Position numbers and translations under genes: made by a program
Source of the DNA: Cenarchaeum sp.
Lineage (GTDB): Archaea; Thermoproteota; Nitrososphaeria; Nitrososphaerales; Nitrosopumilaceae
Assembly: GCA_963692915.1 (NCBI GenBank)
Contig: OY843584.1
Span: forward strand, 1,408,001 to 1,472,000
Direction: 5' to 3'
Length of the DNA stretch: 64,000 nucleotides
In this document: positions 1-10,375 of the stretch, piece after piece
Position numbering within the stretch: position 1 is the stretch's first letter
How the letters are laid out: each line of letters starts with the position of its first letter
Notes under the pieces: generated by a model
The model's input: only the letters and a program-made list of their open reading frames with translations
Databases searched by the model: none
Told to the model about the DNA's origin: nothing

Positions 1-63
1 AATGTTGCGCTAAATACGTTTGTGAGCTCCCTTTAAAGAGGGCACGCGCGGCGGCGTGTCGGC

Positions 64-288
64 ATGAAGCCCGTGGCGTGCGCATACTGTGGGGATATGA
101 CTGATCTCCCATTCGAGTGCAGCTATTGCCGCGACCCTTTCTGCGCCGACCATCGCCTCCCCGAGGAGCACCGCTGCGTAAAGCTGCGCCAGATCCGCTC
201 TAGTCGCTTTGGCGAGCGTGGCGTCGTGCGCGATGCGCCCAAGGGGTCGCGTGGACTCGCGGGTCGCCTCTTTGGGCGACGGCGCTAG
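64..288 (+). CDS. AN1-type zinc finger protein
   Basis: CAYC...FECSYCRDPFCADHRLPEEHRC matches the AN1 Zn-finger pattern; TATA-like tttaaa upstream. Confidence 0.85.
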   Translation: MKPVACAYCGDMTDLPFECSYCRDPFCADHRLPEEHRCVKLRQIRSSRFGERGVVRDAPKGSRGLAGRLFGRRR

Positions 289-563
289 TACGACACGCGC
301 GATGGGTCAAGTGCGGCTCGACGCGCCTGGTATACGAGCGCGATGGCGAGCGCAACTAGAACGAGTGATGTGAGCCAGTGCGGCGTGGGCAGCGCAGTCA
401 CGTACGCGACTGCAAAGGCCACACACATGATGGCCTGTGTGGTTAGCTTTGTCCATTTGGGCGTGTGGATGAGGCGCCATACGCCCTCGATCACAAGTAG
501 CGCGACTGCCGGCCATGTCGCTAGGAGCAAAAAGTCGATGACATCGACGCCCGTGTGCGACAC
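285..563 (-). CDS. Small membrane protein (about 3 TM helices), unknown function
   Basis: 92-aa ORF with three hydrophobic segments, GTG start, stop overlaps the neighbouring stop. Confidence 0.7.
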   Translation of the reverse strand: MSHTGVDVIDFLLLATWPAVALLVIEGVWRLIHTPKWTKLTTQAIMCVAFAVAYVTALPTPHWLTSLVLVALAIALVYQARRAALDPSRVSY

Positions 564-601
564 GCGCGCGGGGCGCGCAGAACGCCTATTTGTTTTATGG
601 G

Positions 602-1174
602 CTAGGCCCCGTGCGCAAAGTCGCCCCAGCGCAGGCGGATCGCCGATCCCTGTGCCTCTAGCGTGACGGCGTTCTCGAGCGGGAGGCAGGCGACCTCGTG
701 CTCGCCGTATGGGCCGTACTGGCGAAGATCAGTGCCGACCAGCTCGTCTATGGGCTTGCGCGTCACGACGACTGCGAGCTTTTGGCGGTGGCGCTCGGAT
801 ATCGTCTCGAGTATCCGCGGCTTTCCCCCAAGGACCGCCGAGAGGACCGCCGAGCGGGCTTCGCGGGCCTCGTCCTCAAACCCGAGGGCGCGCTTTTCCT
901 CGTCTAGGAGGTTGACATAGTCTGGCGAGCCCGGCTCGGGCGACTTTGACATCCTTGTGTCGACTAGAAGGACTGCGAGTCCGGTGACTATGGAGAGGAG
1001 CGACTCTTGCATCCTTGCGGCCACGCCGTCATACTCCTCGGCGCGGAGGCGCGCGATGAGGCTCGAGGTGCGGCGGTACGTGTCGCCCTCGATCTCCTGG
1101 ACCGAGGGAGAGGCCATCTCGGCGGCGACTAGCGCGTGGAGCGCAACGGCGTCAGCGTGTCCCTCTGCTGCCAT
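602..1174 (-). CDS. DNA replication complex GINS family protein (Gins15-like)
   Basis: Helical N-domain ending NLLDEEK plus C-terminal beta domain ELVGTDLRQYGPY..EVACLPLENAVTL typical of archaeal Gins51/15; start placed at ATG 1174. Confidence 0.7.
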   Translation of the reverse strand: MAAEGHADAVALHALVAAEMASPSVQEIEGDTYRRTSSLIARLRAEEYDGVAARMQESLLSIVTGLAVLLVDTRMSKSPEPGSPDYVNLLDEEKRALGFEDEAREARSAVLSAVLGGKPRILETISERHRQKLAVVVTRKPIDELVGTDLRQYGPYGEHEVACLPLENAVTLEAQGSAIRLRWGDFAHGA

Positions 1175-1243
1175 GAGGGCGCGCGCAGTGGCGCCCAATC
1201 CTTAAATGTTAGCAGGCGGGGGGCCGAAGCCGAGGAGCAAGCG

Positions 1244-2701
1244 TTGCCTTATAGGGTTAGCCACGGAAAGCCAATACCAGTGGGTTATTCGCCCGACGAG
1301 GTTTTCTCAAAGATAAGCCACGACGGCATACGCTTCATCGACCTCCAGTTCACAAGCCTGCCGGGCCGCTTTCACCACACGACGATATCAGCAGACACGT
1401 TTACGCCCGAGCAGATGCGCGACGGCCTGCCAAAGCTTGACGGCTCGTCGATCGTCGGCTTTACCGAGATAGAGGACTCTGACCTCCTCCTAAAGCCGGA
1501 TCCCAACACGTACGCGACGATACCGTGGATGACTGAGAACAAGACGGCTCGCATGCTCTGCGACGTCTACTGGGGAATGGCCCGCGGACGCCTCTCGCGC
1601 GATCCTCGCGGCATTGCGCAAAAGGCCCAGGCCCATCTCGCCGCGCAGGGCTATGATAGCATGTGGGGGCCGGAAGTCGAGTTCTTTGTGTTCGACAAGG
1701 TGACATGGGACGTCCTAACCCCATACAAGGGTCAGTCATACTCGATAGAGTCAGTCGAGGCGCCGTGGAGCAGCAACGGCGCAGGATACCCGATGGGCCT
1801 ACAGGAGGGATACTATCCTAGCACGCCATCAGACACGCTCACGCCGTTTCGCAACGAGTGCGTCAACATGCTAAACCAGGACTTTGGCATACTGTGCGAC
1901 AACCACCACCACGAGGTCGCAACTGCCGGACAGTGCGAGATAGACATACGCTACGACTCGCTCACAAACTCGGCGGACTCGACGCAGACGTACAAGTTTG
2001 TAGTCAGGAATGTCGCCAAAAAGTACGGCAAGGTCGCAACGATGATGCCAAAGCCCGTCTCGATGGATGCCGGCTCGGGCATGCACACAAACGTCAGCCT
2101 CTGGAAGGACAAAAAGAACGCCTTCTTTGACAAGGACGATCCTGACGAGCTCAGCCAGCTCGGGCGCTACTTTTGCGGCGGAATCATAGACCACGCGCGT
2201 GCGCTCTCGGCGATAACGAACCCAACGACGAACTCGTACCATCGCCTAGTTCCCGGCTACGAGGCGCCAGTCTACATGGCGTGGAGCGGGAGCAACCGCT
2301 CGGCCATAGTCCGCATTCCAAAGCACTTCAAGGGCAAGGGGTACGCCTCGCTCAAGCGCCTCGAGTTCCGCGCGCCTGACCCGTCGGCCAACCCCTACCT
2401 AGTCTTCTCGGCCGTCCTCGCAGCGGGCCTAGATGGCATAAAGAAAAAGAAGGACCCCGGTGATGCGGTCCATGAGGACATATTCAAGATGACAAAGGCC
2501 GAGCGCGTAAAGCGTGGGATCGGCGTCCTGCCCTCAAGCCTCGGCGAGGCCATCGACGAGCTCGAGTCAGACCGCAAGTTCCTCAGCCCCATATTCACCG
2601 CCGACGTCATTGACGTCATAGTCGAGCTTGAAAAGCGTGACCAGCGCGAGGTCCTCATAAGGCCACACCCCTACGAGTTTGACCTCTACTTTGACGTCTA
2701 G
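1244..2701 (+). CDS. glnA: Glutamine synthetase type I
   Basis: DGSSI, GPEVEFF, HHHEVATAGQCEI, GSGMHTN, NRSA, RLEFRAPDPSANPYL motifs; TTG start 1244 inferred. Confidence 0.97.
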   Translation: MPYRVSHGKPIPVGYSPDEVFSKISHDGIRFIDLQFTSLPGRFHHTTISADTFTPEQMRDGLPKLDGSSIVGFTEIEDSDLLLKPDPNTYATIPWMTENKTARMLCDVYWGMARGRLSRDPRGIAQKAQAHLAAQGYDSMWGPEVEFFVFDKVTWDVLTPYKGQSYSIESVEAPWSSNGAGYPMGLQEGYYPSTPSDTLTPFRNECVNMLNQDFGILCDNHHHEVATAGQCEIDIRYDSLTNSADSTQTYKFVVRNVAKKYGKVATMMPKPVSMDAGSGMHTNVSLWKDKKNAFFDKDDPDELSQLGRYFCGGIIDHARALSAITNPTTNSYHRLVPGYEAPVYMAWSGSNRSAIVRIPKHFKGKGYASLKRLEFRAPDPSANPYLVFSAVLAAGLDGIKKKKDPGDAVHEDIFKMTKAERVKRGIGVLPSSLGEAIDELESDRKFLSPIFTADVIDVIVELEKRDQREVLIRPHPYEFDLYFDV

Positions 2702-2982
2702 ATGACGCCGGACATGACGAGTATCAGCGTAAACGAGGTCACGATTATCAGGAATCCTGTCACAAAGAGCGGCTTTGGCGACTTTGAGCTCGTCGAACGG
2801 TACACGGCAAGGCCGCCGAGCAGGCCCATAAAGAGAACGAGCACGCCGGCTATGACCTCGGCGAGCGAGCCGCCGCTAACAAACGGGTAAAAGACGCCAG
2901 AGAGCAGGGCAAAGAAGCCAATGAGATATGCGATCTTTATGCACGTAAGTGTGCGGCGTCCAAAGCTGGCCGTGTTGGCCAC
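2698..2982 (-). CDS. Small membrane protein, unknown function
   Basis: Three hydrophobic segments in the C-terminal part of ORF 2698..3144; GTG at 2982 just after the thermosome stop. Confidence 0.65.
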   Translation of the reverse strand: MANTASFGRRTLTCIKIAYLIGFFALLSGVFYPFVSGGSLAEVIAGVLVLFMGLLGGLAVYRSTSSKSPKPLFVTGFLIIVTSFTLILVMSGVI

Positions 2983-2993
2983 GTGCGCGTCAC

Positions 2994-4688
2994 TCACATC
3001 ATCCCGCCCATGTCGCCCATGCCACCCATACCGCCCATGCCTCCCATTCCGGGCATTCCACCCATGCCCCCTTCGGGGCCGCCGGGCGGCGGGCCGGCTG
3101 ACTTTGCGGTGGCCACAACGTCGTCGATGCGCAGTATCATGCATGCGGCCTCAGACGCGGCCGAGACGACCTGCATCTTTACTGCGAGGGGCTCGACTAT
3201 GTCACTTGACTTCATGTTTGCGATGCGCGCGCGCAGAACGTCGATGCCGGTCCACTTGTCGCCCTGCGTCTGCTTTGCGCGCAGCGAGGCAAGCGTGTCT
3301 ATCGGATCCATGCCGGCGTTCTCGGCTAGCGTGAGCGGTATGACCTCTAGTGCGTCAGCAAAGCGCTCGATTGCGAGCTGCTCTCGACCCTCGAGTGACT
3401 TTGCCCACGAGCGGAGGCGCGTGGCCGCGTACGTCTCAGGCGCGCCGCCGCCGGCGACGACGAAGGGCGACTGCATGACGTCCTTTACGACCATTATAGC
3501 GTCATGAACCGAGCGGTCGACCTCGTCGACTACGCGCTGCGAGCCGCCGCGCAGGAGGAGCGAGACGGACTTTGGGTGACGGCACCCCTCGATAAAGACC
3601 CACTTGTCCTCCTCGATCTTGCGCTCCTCGGCGAGGGCCGCCGAGCCCAGATCCTTCTCAAAGAGGTCATCGAGGTTTGTCACGATTCGCGCGCCAGTCG
3701 CACGCGAGAGCTTTGTCATGTCGCTCTCCTTTATCCGGCGAACTCCCATAATGCCGGCCTTTGCAAGATAGTGCTGGGCCATGTCGTCGATCGCCTTTTG
3801 GCAGAGCACGACGGTGGCGCCCGAGCCAATTATCTTGTCGACCATGCCCTTTAGCATCCTGTTCTCCTCGTCGAGGAACGCTTTCATCTGTTGCGGGTTT
3901 TGTATGTTGATCTTTGCGTCAGTCTCAGTCTTTGTGATCTCGAGCGCTGCGTTGATGAGGGCTATCTTTGCGTCCTTTATGCTGTCAGGCATGCCGGAGT
4001 GGACGACCTCCTTGTCAAGGATGACCCCCTCGACTATGGTCGAGTCGCCTATCGAGCCGCCGGCCTTTTTCTCCACCTTTATGTCGTCATCGTCCATCGT
4101 GTACGCGTCTCCCTCCTTTTCTGCGACGGCGAGTGCCGCCTTTACGACCATTGCGGCTAGCGCGTCAGAGTCCTTTCTGACGAGCTTTGTCTGCATTGAC
4201 GTCTTTGCGACCTTTGTGAGCATTGTCTTGTCACCGGCGCTCACATCCTCGGATATTTCGGCGAGGAGCTTTTTGGTCTTGGCCGCGGCCCTTCTGTATC
4301 CGTCAACGACTATGGTGGGATGAACGTTCTGGTTGAGGAGACCCTCGGCAGCCTCTAGGAGCCCACCGGCAAAGACGACGGCTGATGTCGTCCCGTCGCC
4401 GACCTCGTTGTCAGTCGTCTTTGCTATCTCGACGAGCATCTTTGCGGCCGGGTGCTGCACGTCTATCTCCTTTAGTATCGTCGCGCCGTCGTTCGTTATC
4501 GTGACGTCGCCTAGCGTGTCGACGAGCATCTTGTCCATGCCCCGTGGCCCGAGGCTAGTCGAGACTATCTCGGCGACTATCTTTGAGGCCTGGATGTTGT
4601 TCTTGTGCGCGTCACGACCCTTCGTCTCAGACGCACCGTCCTTTAACAGCACAACTGGCATGTTAGCCTTTGATGCCTGCACGCTCAT
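2994..4688 (-). CDS. ths: Thermosome (group II chaperonin) subunit
   Basis: [25 protein letters not shown] motifs; GGM-rich C-terminal tail. Confidence 0.97.
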   Translation of the reverse strand: MSVQASKANMPVVLLKDGASETKGRDAHKNNIQASKIVAEIVSTSLGPRGMDKMLVDTLGDVTITNDGATILKEIDVQHPAAKMLVEIAKTTDNEVGDGTTSAVVFAGGLLEAAEGLLNQNVHPTIVVDGYRRAAAKTKKLLAEISEDVSAGDKTMLTKVAKTSMQTKLVRKDSDALAAMVVKAALAVAEKEGDAYTMDDDDIKVEKKAGGSIGDSTIVEGVILDKEVVHSGMPDSIKDAKIALINAALEITKTETDAKINIQNPQQMKAFLDEENRMLKGMVDKIIGSGATVVLCQKAIDDMAQHYLAKAGIMGVRRIKESDMTKLSRATGARIVTNLDDLFEKDLGSAALAEERKIEEDKWVFIEGCRHPKSVSLLLRGGSQRVVDEVDRSVHDAIMVVKDVMQSPFVVAGGGAPETYAATRLRSWAKSLEGREQLAIERFADALEVIPLTLAENAGMDPIDTLASLRAKQTQGDKWTGIDVLRARIANMKSSDIVEPLAVKMQVVSAASEAACMILRIDDVVATAKSAGPPPGGPEGGMGGMPGMGGMGGMGGMGDMGGMM

Positions 4689-4796
4689 GGGTGAGGGGCT
4701 TGAAATATACCTTTTAAACCTTGCTTGGATCCGAGGGTGGGCGCGGTGTTGGCCGGCGCGCAGATGTTTTAAATTGCGAGATATGCGCGCGTGCGC

Positions 4797-6161
4797 ATGG
4801 TGGCCACACGCAGGCGACCTGCCGCCAAGGCGGCCGGTTCGGGCAGCTCGACGGCAAAAAAGGCGTATATGCGCGTCTTTGGCTCCCTAAAGGACCACAG
4901 CCGCCTCTTCTCAGAGGCCATACCCCTCATAGCCAGCGAGAACATCCCCTCGCCGGCGGTGCGCGAGGCCCTCCTGTCAGACTTTGGAAACAGGTATGCC
5001 GAGGGGTGGCCCGGCGAGCGCGTCTATGCGGGGTGTGCGCATATCGACAAGGTCGAAGTCGAGTGCATGAGGCTTGCGAGGCGGCTGTTCAAGGCAGAGT
5101 TTGCCGACGTGAGGCCGATCTCTGGCGTCGTTGCAAACCTCGCGATATACTCGGCGTTTAGCGACCCCGGCGACACGATGATCGCCCCGTCGATACCGGC
5201 CGGCGGGCACATCTCGCACGGCAAGCGCGAGCACTCTGGGACAGCCGGCCTCGTCCACGGGCTCAACATCGAGTTTTACCCGTTTGACGCAGACGAGATG
5301 GCCATTGACGTTGATGCGACCAAAAAGAAGGTTCGTGCGCTAAAGCGTGACGGGCGCACGCCGAGGATGGCGATGCTCGGCGGATCGCTCTTCCTGTTCC
5401 CGCACCCCGTCGCCGAGCTCGCCGGATTCTTCAAGTCGCACAAGATGCACCTAAACTATGACGCCGCGCATGTCGCCGGCCTCATAGCCGGCGGCAAGTT
5501 TCAGGATCCGCTGCGTGAGGGTGCCGATACGATGACGATGAGCACGCACAAGACGCTCTTTGGGCCGCAGGGCGGGCTCGTCCTGGGCGCAGAGTCGCAC
5601 GGCGAGGCCATAAAGCGCGCCGTCTTTCCTGGCCTCACAAGCAGCCATCACATACACCACATGGCCGCCAAGGCCGTCGCGTTTGCCGAGACGATCGAGT
5701 TTGGGCGCGCATACGCCGCGCAGGTCGTCACCAACGCAAAGCGCCTCGCCGAGGAGCTCAGCTCGCTGGGCCTCTGCGTGCTCGGCGAGCGGCGCGGGTT
5801 TACGCAGTCACACCAGATAGCCGTCAACGTCTGGGAGTACGCCGATGGCGGGACCGTCGAGGCTGCCCTAGAGCGGGCCAACATCATAGTCAACAGGCAG
5901 CTCATACCGGGTGACATAAAGGCCGGCCGCAACTATATGCGCCCCGGCGGCATACGCCTGGGCGTCTCGGAGGTCACGCGCCTCGGCATGCGCGGCGGCG
6001 AGATGGCCGAGATTGCGCGGCTCATAAAGGCCGCCATTGTGGACGGGGGTGACGCGCGCAGGATTCGCACCGCCGCGCGCGAGTTGCGAAAGAACCACCA
6101 AAAGGCGAGGTACTGCTTTGACGGGCGCCTCGGCGCCTACGAGTATGTCAGGCTTCGCTAG
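4797..6161 (+). CDS. glyA: Serine hydroxymethyltransferase
   Basis: [38 protein letters not shown] (PLP lysine). Confidence 0.96.
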   Translation: MVATRRRPAAKAAGSGSSTAKKAYMRVFGSLKDHSRLFSEAIPLIASENIPSPAVREALLSDFGNRYAEGWPGERVYAGCAHIDKVEVECMRLARRLFKAEFADVRPISGVVANLAIYSAFSDPGDTMIAPSIPAGGHISHGKREHSGTAGLVHGLNIEFYPFDADEMAIDVDATKKKVRALKRDGRTPRMAMLGGSLFLFPHPVAELAGFFKSHKMHLNYDAAHVAGLIAGGKFQDPLREGADTMTMSTHKTLFGPQGGLVLGAESHGEAIKRAVFPGLTSSHHIHHMAAKAVAFAETIEFGRAYAAQVVTNAKRLAEELSSLGLCVLGERRGFTQSHQIAVNVWEYADGGTVEAALERANIIVNRQLIPGDIKAGRNYMRPGGIRLGVSEVTRLGMRGGEMAEIARLIKAAIVDGGDARRIRTAARELRKNHQKARYCFDGRLGAYEYVRLR

Positions 6162-6170
6162 GCAGGCCCC

Positions 6171-9100
6171 CTACGCATAGTCGGCAAGGACGGTCTGGTC
6201 GCCGCTTGCGCTCCCAAAGACGAGGTCTATCTCGCTGGCCATCATGTAGATTCGCCCACGCAGATAGCTCCCGACGTCGTACGCGTCGACTAGGCGCGTG
6301 GCCATCTTTAGGTACTTTTCGACTGACGGGCGCGTTATCGTCGCGATGAGCTCGTTTGAGCAGTGCTTGCCGTTGACCGTGTTGATGCACTTGCGCGCAA
6401 GGGGCACGCGGCGGTACTTTGTGCCGCACTTTGTGCAGCGAAACTCCTGCGTCGCGTACGCGCGAAGGTTGCCCGTGAGGTCCGGAATGAGGTGGGTCGA
6501 TATCACGTTGGAGACGATCTCTGAGGTGTCGACGGCGTTTATGAGGTCGGCCACGCGTATCTGCATCTCTAGCTTTTCGTCCATCGAGTTTAGCGTAGAG
6601 TATGCGCTGCGGAGGCGCGATGTCACAAGGGACGTCGTCTCGTGGGTGAACGCATATCCCCCGTACTGGCTAGCCTTGCCGATGCGCGACTTTACCGTCT
6701 CGATGCACTTTACGTCAGTCGCCTTTGGGGCCTTGAGCGTCTCCTCAAAGAACTCGAGGGGCAGCGAGTCGACCACCTCGAGGTTATGGGCCTGGGACTG
6801 TGCCTCGTGCGGGAGGACGCGCGGCTGTATGAGGAGCGGCGCGTCCATGAGGCCCCCAATCCGGTCAGAGAGGAACTGGCGCGAAAAGTTGAGAAAGACG
6901 TCCATGAGCATCATCAGCGCGTCAGCATCGCCGTCAGCATCGCGCCTCTTGGCCGAGTGCCAGTTGGGCGTGCCGAGGCAGACATGCGTTGCCGCAAAGC
7001 CGACCACGCGCGTCACGATTCCCACCGACGTGTGCGGCGCGAGTCCGACGATGATGTGGCCGACGAGGTCGTCCTTGGTCTTTGCGCCATAATACGCCTT
7101 TGCGCCGTAGAGGCGCTCGAGCTCGGCGTCGACATACTGGCACGCCCTGAGGAGATAGTCAGCTGCGCCATCGGGTATGATCGCGTCCTGCGTGAACAGC
7201 TCGACTAGCTGTGAGGGCTCAGTCAGTGGCCTGCCCGACGTGTCCTTTTCGTAGCCGAGCTCCCTGAGGCGGGCCGGCGAGACGCCTGCCCACTCTGGCC
7301 TAAAGTGCGTCAGCGGCGCGTTTGTCGCCTCGTATCTCACGGTCCCGTCCTTGAAGGCGTTGAGGTCGTGGGCCTGCCGCAGGAGGCCCTTCTCTATGGG
7401 CTCGGCGACCTTGCCGTGGCCTGCGAGGCTAGTGACGCCCTTGAGGGGCTCGCGCGCCCTTGTCCGGACACGCTCCTGGGCCGCGGCGAGGACGCGCTTT
7501 AGCGGATAGCGCCTGTGCGCATGCGAGATCGTCTTGCGCTTGCAGCGCGAGCAGCGCTCCTCGTCAGTCTCCGTGCCGCAGCGGCCGCAGCGCCGCGTGA
7601 TCTTGGTCGCACCGCCGCACTCGCACCTCGTCGACACGGACGCCTCGCCGCACTCCTCGCACGTGCGGTTTGAGAGGTCCGCATAGAACTCTTCCTTGGC
7701 CACGGCGGCCTTTGCGATGCTGCGCGTCGGCCCGCCGTCATCACCGACCGGAAAGAGGACGTGGGCGGGGGGCTTCATCTTGCGCGCGGCGGCCTTTTCA
7801 GGCCGACCCATGCGTACGCCAACTGATGTCGAGAACTTTGGCCGGATCTCGATGCCCGATGCGGCCGTTATGGCCCCAATGACGCCGCCGGCAGCACCTG
7901 CGTCAGGGCGGCTCGAGAAGAGGAGAGCCTCAAAGATGTCGGCCTCATCGCCCTCCAGGACGCACCTTCCGTCGTCGTTCCTGTGCGGAACCGCAAGGCG
8001 CTCGAGGATCTTTTTTGCGGCCGGCCCGTACACGATGCGGCCCTCGGCGCGCGACTCGGGGGAGAGGAGCGTCTCAAGGCCCTCGACTGAGACGGCCTCC
8101 CAGTAGTGGAGGTATGCGGGATGGAGCGGCATGCCCGAGGAGCGCGAGATCTCCAGGGCCGCCTCGAGCGTCGGGCGGCCTGCGGCGAGTATTGGGCCGG
8201 CGGCCTCCTCGCCGAGCCTCTCGCGCAGCTCGGCGACCCACCACTCCTCGACGTATCCGGACGGGGGCATCTGCGCGCTGTTCTCGACAAAGTCGCCAAA
8301 GGAGACGAGAATGTCGCCGAGGTGGAGTATCTCGTCGATCTCGGTCTTTATTGACATACCGTGGGCCGCGTCGCGCACCTTGATGACATCGCCCCCCTTT
8401 AGGCGGACCGTCGGCGCCTCTATCGAGTCCACAAAGGCCACCGTGGCGCCCTTGCCGGGAACGTCCGTCTTTACCTGCGTGCCCACGGCTATCGCGTGGT
8501 CGAGTATCTCGGCGACGGCGGGGTGAAGGCCGACTGACGTAAAGCCCGTGTTGCACGCGCGCCCATAGCGGAGCCTAAAGCCGCCAAGCGTGTTGGGCTT
8601 TGAGAGAACGGGGCGGCCCGTGATGACCTCCCTCATGCGCTTCATCGCCGCCGTGTCGTCCTCGTCCTCGGCCCCGAGCTTTGCCTCTGCGCCCTTTAGC
8701 TCGCCAAGCCACTCCCAGCCCGAGATGCCATAGCGCTCGACCCTCTGGAGGAGCTTTTTGGAGCGGCCGATGAGCCCGTCGTTGAGCACGCGAAGCGCCC
8801 CGCCGCGCACGCGGTCAGTCTTTATGCGGGCCATGCCCTTGTGGTTGACGACCTCGTAAGAGTCCGTGTCCACGCCGTCGAGCTCGACGGGCAGGTTCGT
8901 TATCACCTTGACGATGTCCTCGTCGACTACGCGGTACTGAAAGTTGGAGGCCTCGCGCTCGTATATCCGGAGCTCCTCCACAAAGCGGCCCGACTCGTCA
9001 TCAAACGAGTTGGCCTTGTACTTTGCCAGGTTTGCCGCCTGTCTCACGTGATCCGCTATGAGCATCGTGACGGCCGACTCTGTGCCCCCGGCCGACCTCA

Positions 9101-9563
9101 TCGGGCCGGCGATCGAGAGTGAGAGGTATTCGGAGCCGTCTCTGTTCCTTTTTATGGAAATGTCGGCAATTCCTTGGAGCGGGGCGATCGTGACGCCCTC
9201 GGTCACCGTGGCCAGGCCCACACGTACGGCCCTGTCGAGGCGGTCTATGAGCTCCGAGCCCTCAGGCATGTGGCTTCCCAGGGCGATCTCGTGCGCTATG
9301 ATGAGGGCCGCGTGCTCCTTGCCCTTCTCGGCGAGGAGGCCCCTCAGGCGGTCAGCGACGTCAATGTCGAGCATCTTTGAGACGCGGTCGGCCAGGTCAT
9401 GGGCCAGGAGCGCATCTATCTTGGGCGTAGAGTCGGCCATGGAGTTTTTGGCCTCCCTGGCGTGGGCTAGTGCGCGATCGGTCTCGGCGACAAGGGAGTC
9501 ATAGTAGGCGCGGTAGTGGGGCGGCATCTCCGGACCGCCTAGTGAGACTGCCGTGCTAGGCAC
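6171..9563 (-). CDS. polC: DNA polymerase D large subunit (DP2)
   Basis: AGPMRSAGGT, GGFRLRYGR, RMGRPEKA, AKRRDADGDAD catalytic motif, Zn fingers; no intein evident. Confidence 0.97.
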   Translation of the reverse strand: MPSTAVSLGGPEMPPHYRAYYDSLVAETDRALAHAREAKNSMADSTPKIDALLAHDLADRVSKMLDIDVADRLRGLLAEKGKEHAALIIAHEIALGSHMPEGSELIDRLDRAVRVGLATVTEGVTIAPLQGIADISIKRNRDGSEYLSLSIAGPMRSAGGTESAVTMLIADHVRQAANLAKYKANSFDDESGRFVEELRIYEREASNFQYRVVDEDIVKVITNLPVELDGVDTDSYEVVNHKGMARIKTDRVRGGALRVLNDGLIGRSKKLLQRVERYGISGWEWLGELKGAEAKLGAEDEDDTAAMKRMREVITGRPVLSKPNTLGGFRLRYGRACNTGFTSVGLHPAVAEILDHAIAVGTQVKTDVPGKGATVAFVDSIEAPTVRLKGGDVIKVRDAAHGMSIKTEIDEILHLGDILVSFGDFVENSAQMPPSGYVEEWWVAELRERLGEEAAGPILAAGRPTLEAALEISRSSGMPLHPAYLHYWEAVSVEGLETLLSPESRAEGRIVYGPAAKKILERLAVPHRNDDGRCVLEGDEADIFEALLFSSRPDAGAAGGVIGAITAASGIEIRPKFSTSVGVRMGRPEKAAARKMKPPAHVLFPVGDDGGPTRSIAKAAVAKEEFYADLSNRTCEECGEASVSTRCECGGATKITRRCGRCGTETDEERCSRCKRKTISHAHRRYPLKRVLAAAQERVRTRAREPLKGVTSLAGHGKVAEPIEKGLLRQAHDLNAFKDGTVRYEATNAPLTHFRPEWAGVSPARLRELGYEKDTSGRPLTEPSQLVELFTQDAIIPDGAADYLLRACQYVDAELERLYGAKAYYGAKTKDDLVGHIIVGLAPHTSVGIVTRVVGFAATHVCLGTPNWHSAKRRDADGDADALMMLMDVFLNFSRQFLSDRIGGLMDAPLLIQPRVLPHEAQSQAHNLEVVDSLPLEFFEETLKAPKATDVKCIETVKSRIGKASQYGGYAFTHETTSLVTSRLRSAYSTLNSMDEKLEMQIRVADLINAVDTSEIVSNVISTHLIPDLTGNLRAYATQEFRCTKCGTKYRRVPLARKCINTVNGKHCSNELIATITRPSVEKYLKMATRLVDAYDVGSYLRGRIYMMASEIDLVFGSASGDQTVLADYA

Positions 9564-10323
9564 GCCTGCCCCCAGAGCCGAGCGCGCGGGCGATCGCCGA
9601 GAGGCGCCTCAGGCCCGATGCGCCAGAGCCCTCCAGGAGCGTCCCTATGACGAGGGCGTCGGCTCCGGCGTCGGCTAGCAGGCGCGCCGTCTTTGCGTCG
9701 CGGATGCCCCCGCCGACTATGATAATCCCGTCAAAGACCCCCCTGACGGCCTTGACCATCGAGGCCTCCACGCTCCTCTTGGCGCCTGATCCGGCCTCGA
9801 GATACACGAGGCGCATTCCCAGAAACTTGGCCGCTAGCGCGTATGCGGCAGCGATGCGAGGCTTGTCGTGGGGGATGCCTCGAGCCGAGCCGACAAACCA
9901 CGCAGACGTCCCCTCGCCCACGACGAGGTACGCCGTCGGCAGCGCCTCGAGGCCAAACTTTAGGACGCTCGGCGCGCCGAGGGCCTGGGCCTGCGTGATA
10001 AAGTAGGGGTTCTCCGAGTTCATCAGCGAGCTGAACAGTATCGCGTCGGCCTCTGGAACGACGCCGGTGACGTTGCCGGGAAAGAGGATGACGGGGATCT
10101 TTGTGGCCGCCTTTATGGAGCTGACCGTCTGCGCCATGCCCATCTGGTCCGTCGCCGAGGAGCCGCCCACGAGGATTGCCGAGGCGCCGAGGCGCTCGGC
10201 CTCCGAGGCCAGCCGTGCTGCCTCCTTGCCGTCAGAGGACTCCGAGTCGACTAGAACCAGGATCGCCGCGCGTGCGCGCTTGGCCTGCTCGCCAAGGTAT
10301 CGCTCGGTGCGCCCCACGGTCAT
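9556..10323 (-). CDS. Geranylgeranylglyceryl phosphate synthase
   Basis: ILVGGS, ILFPGN, YLEAGSGA, VGGGIR motifs; start MTVGRTE at 10323 (the longer track ORF runs into the IS). Confidence 0.92.
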   Translation of the reverse strand: MTVGRTERYLGEQAKRARAAILVLVDSESSDGKEAARLASEAERLGASAILVGGSSATDQMGMAQTVSSIKAATKIPVILFPGNVTGVVPEADAILFSSLMNSENPYFITQAQALGAPSVLKFGLEALPTAYLVVGEGTSAWFVGSARGIPHDKPRIAAAYALAAKFLGMRLVYLEAGSGAKRSVEASMVKAVRGVFDGIIIVGGGIRDAKTARLLADAGADALVIGTLLEGSGASGLRRLSAIARALGSGGRRA

Positions 10324-10375
10324 CGGCGCCGCGCCGTGGGGCTCTGCTTTAAAGTCTAATCCACCGCCCGTGGTA

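Noticed and set aside
2994-3070. Short repeats at the thermosome 3' end
   Set aside because: Ordinary GGM-rich chaperonin tail
6171-9563. Intein in DP2 (or in Cdc6/Cdc48)
   Set aside because: Lengths are normal and no splice-junction or LAGLIDADG motifs were seen
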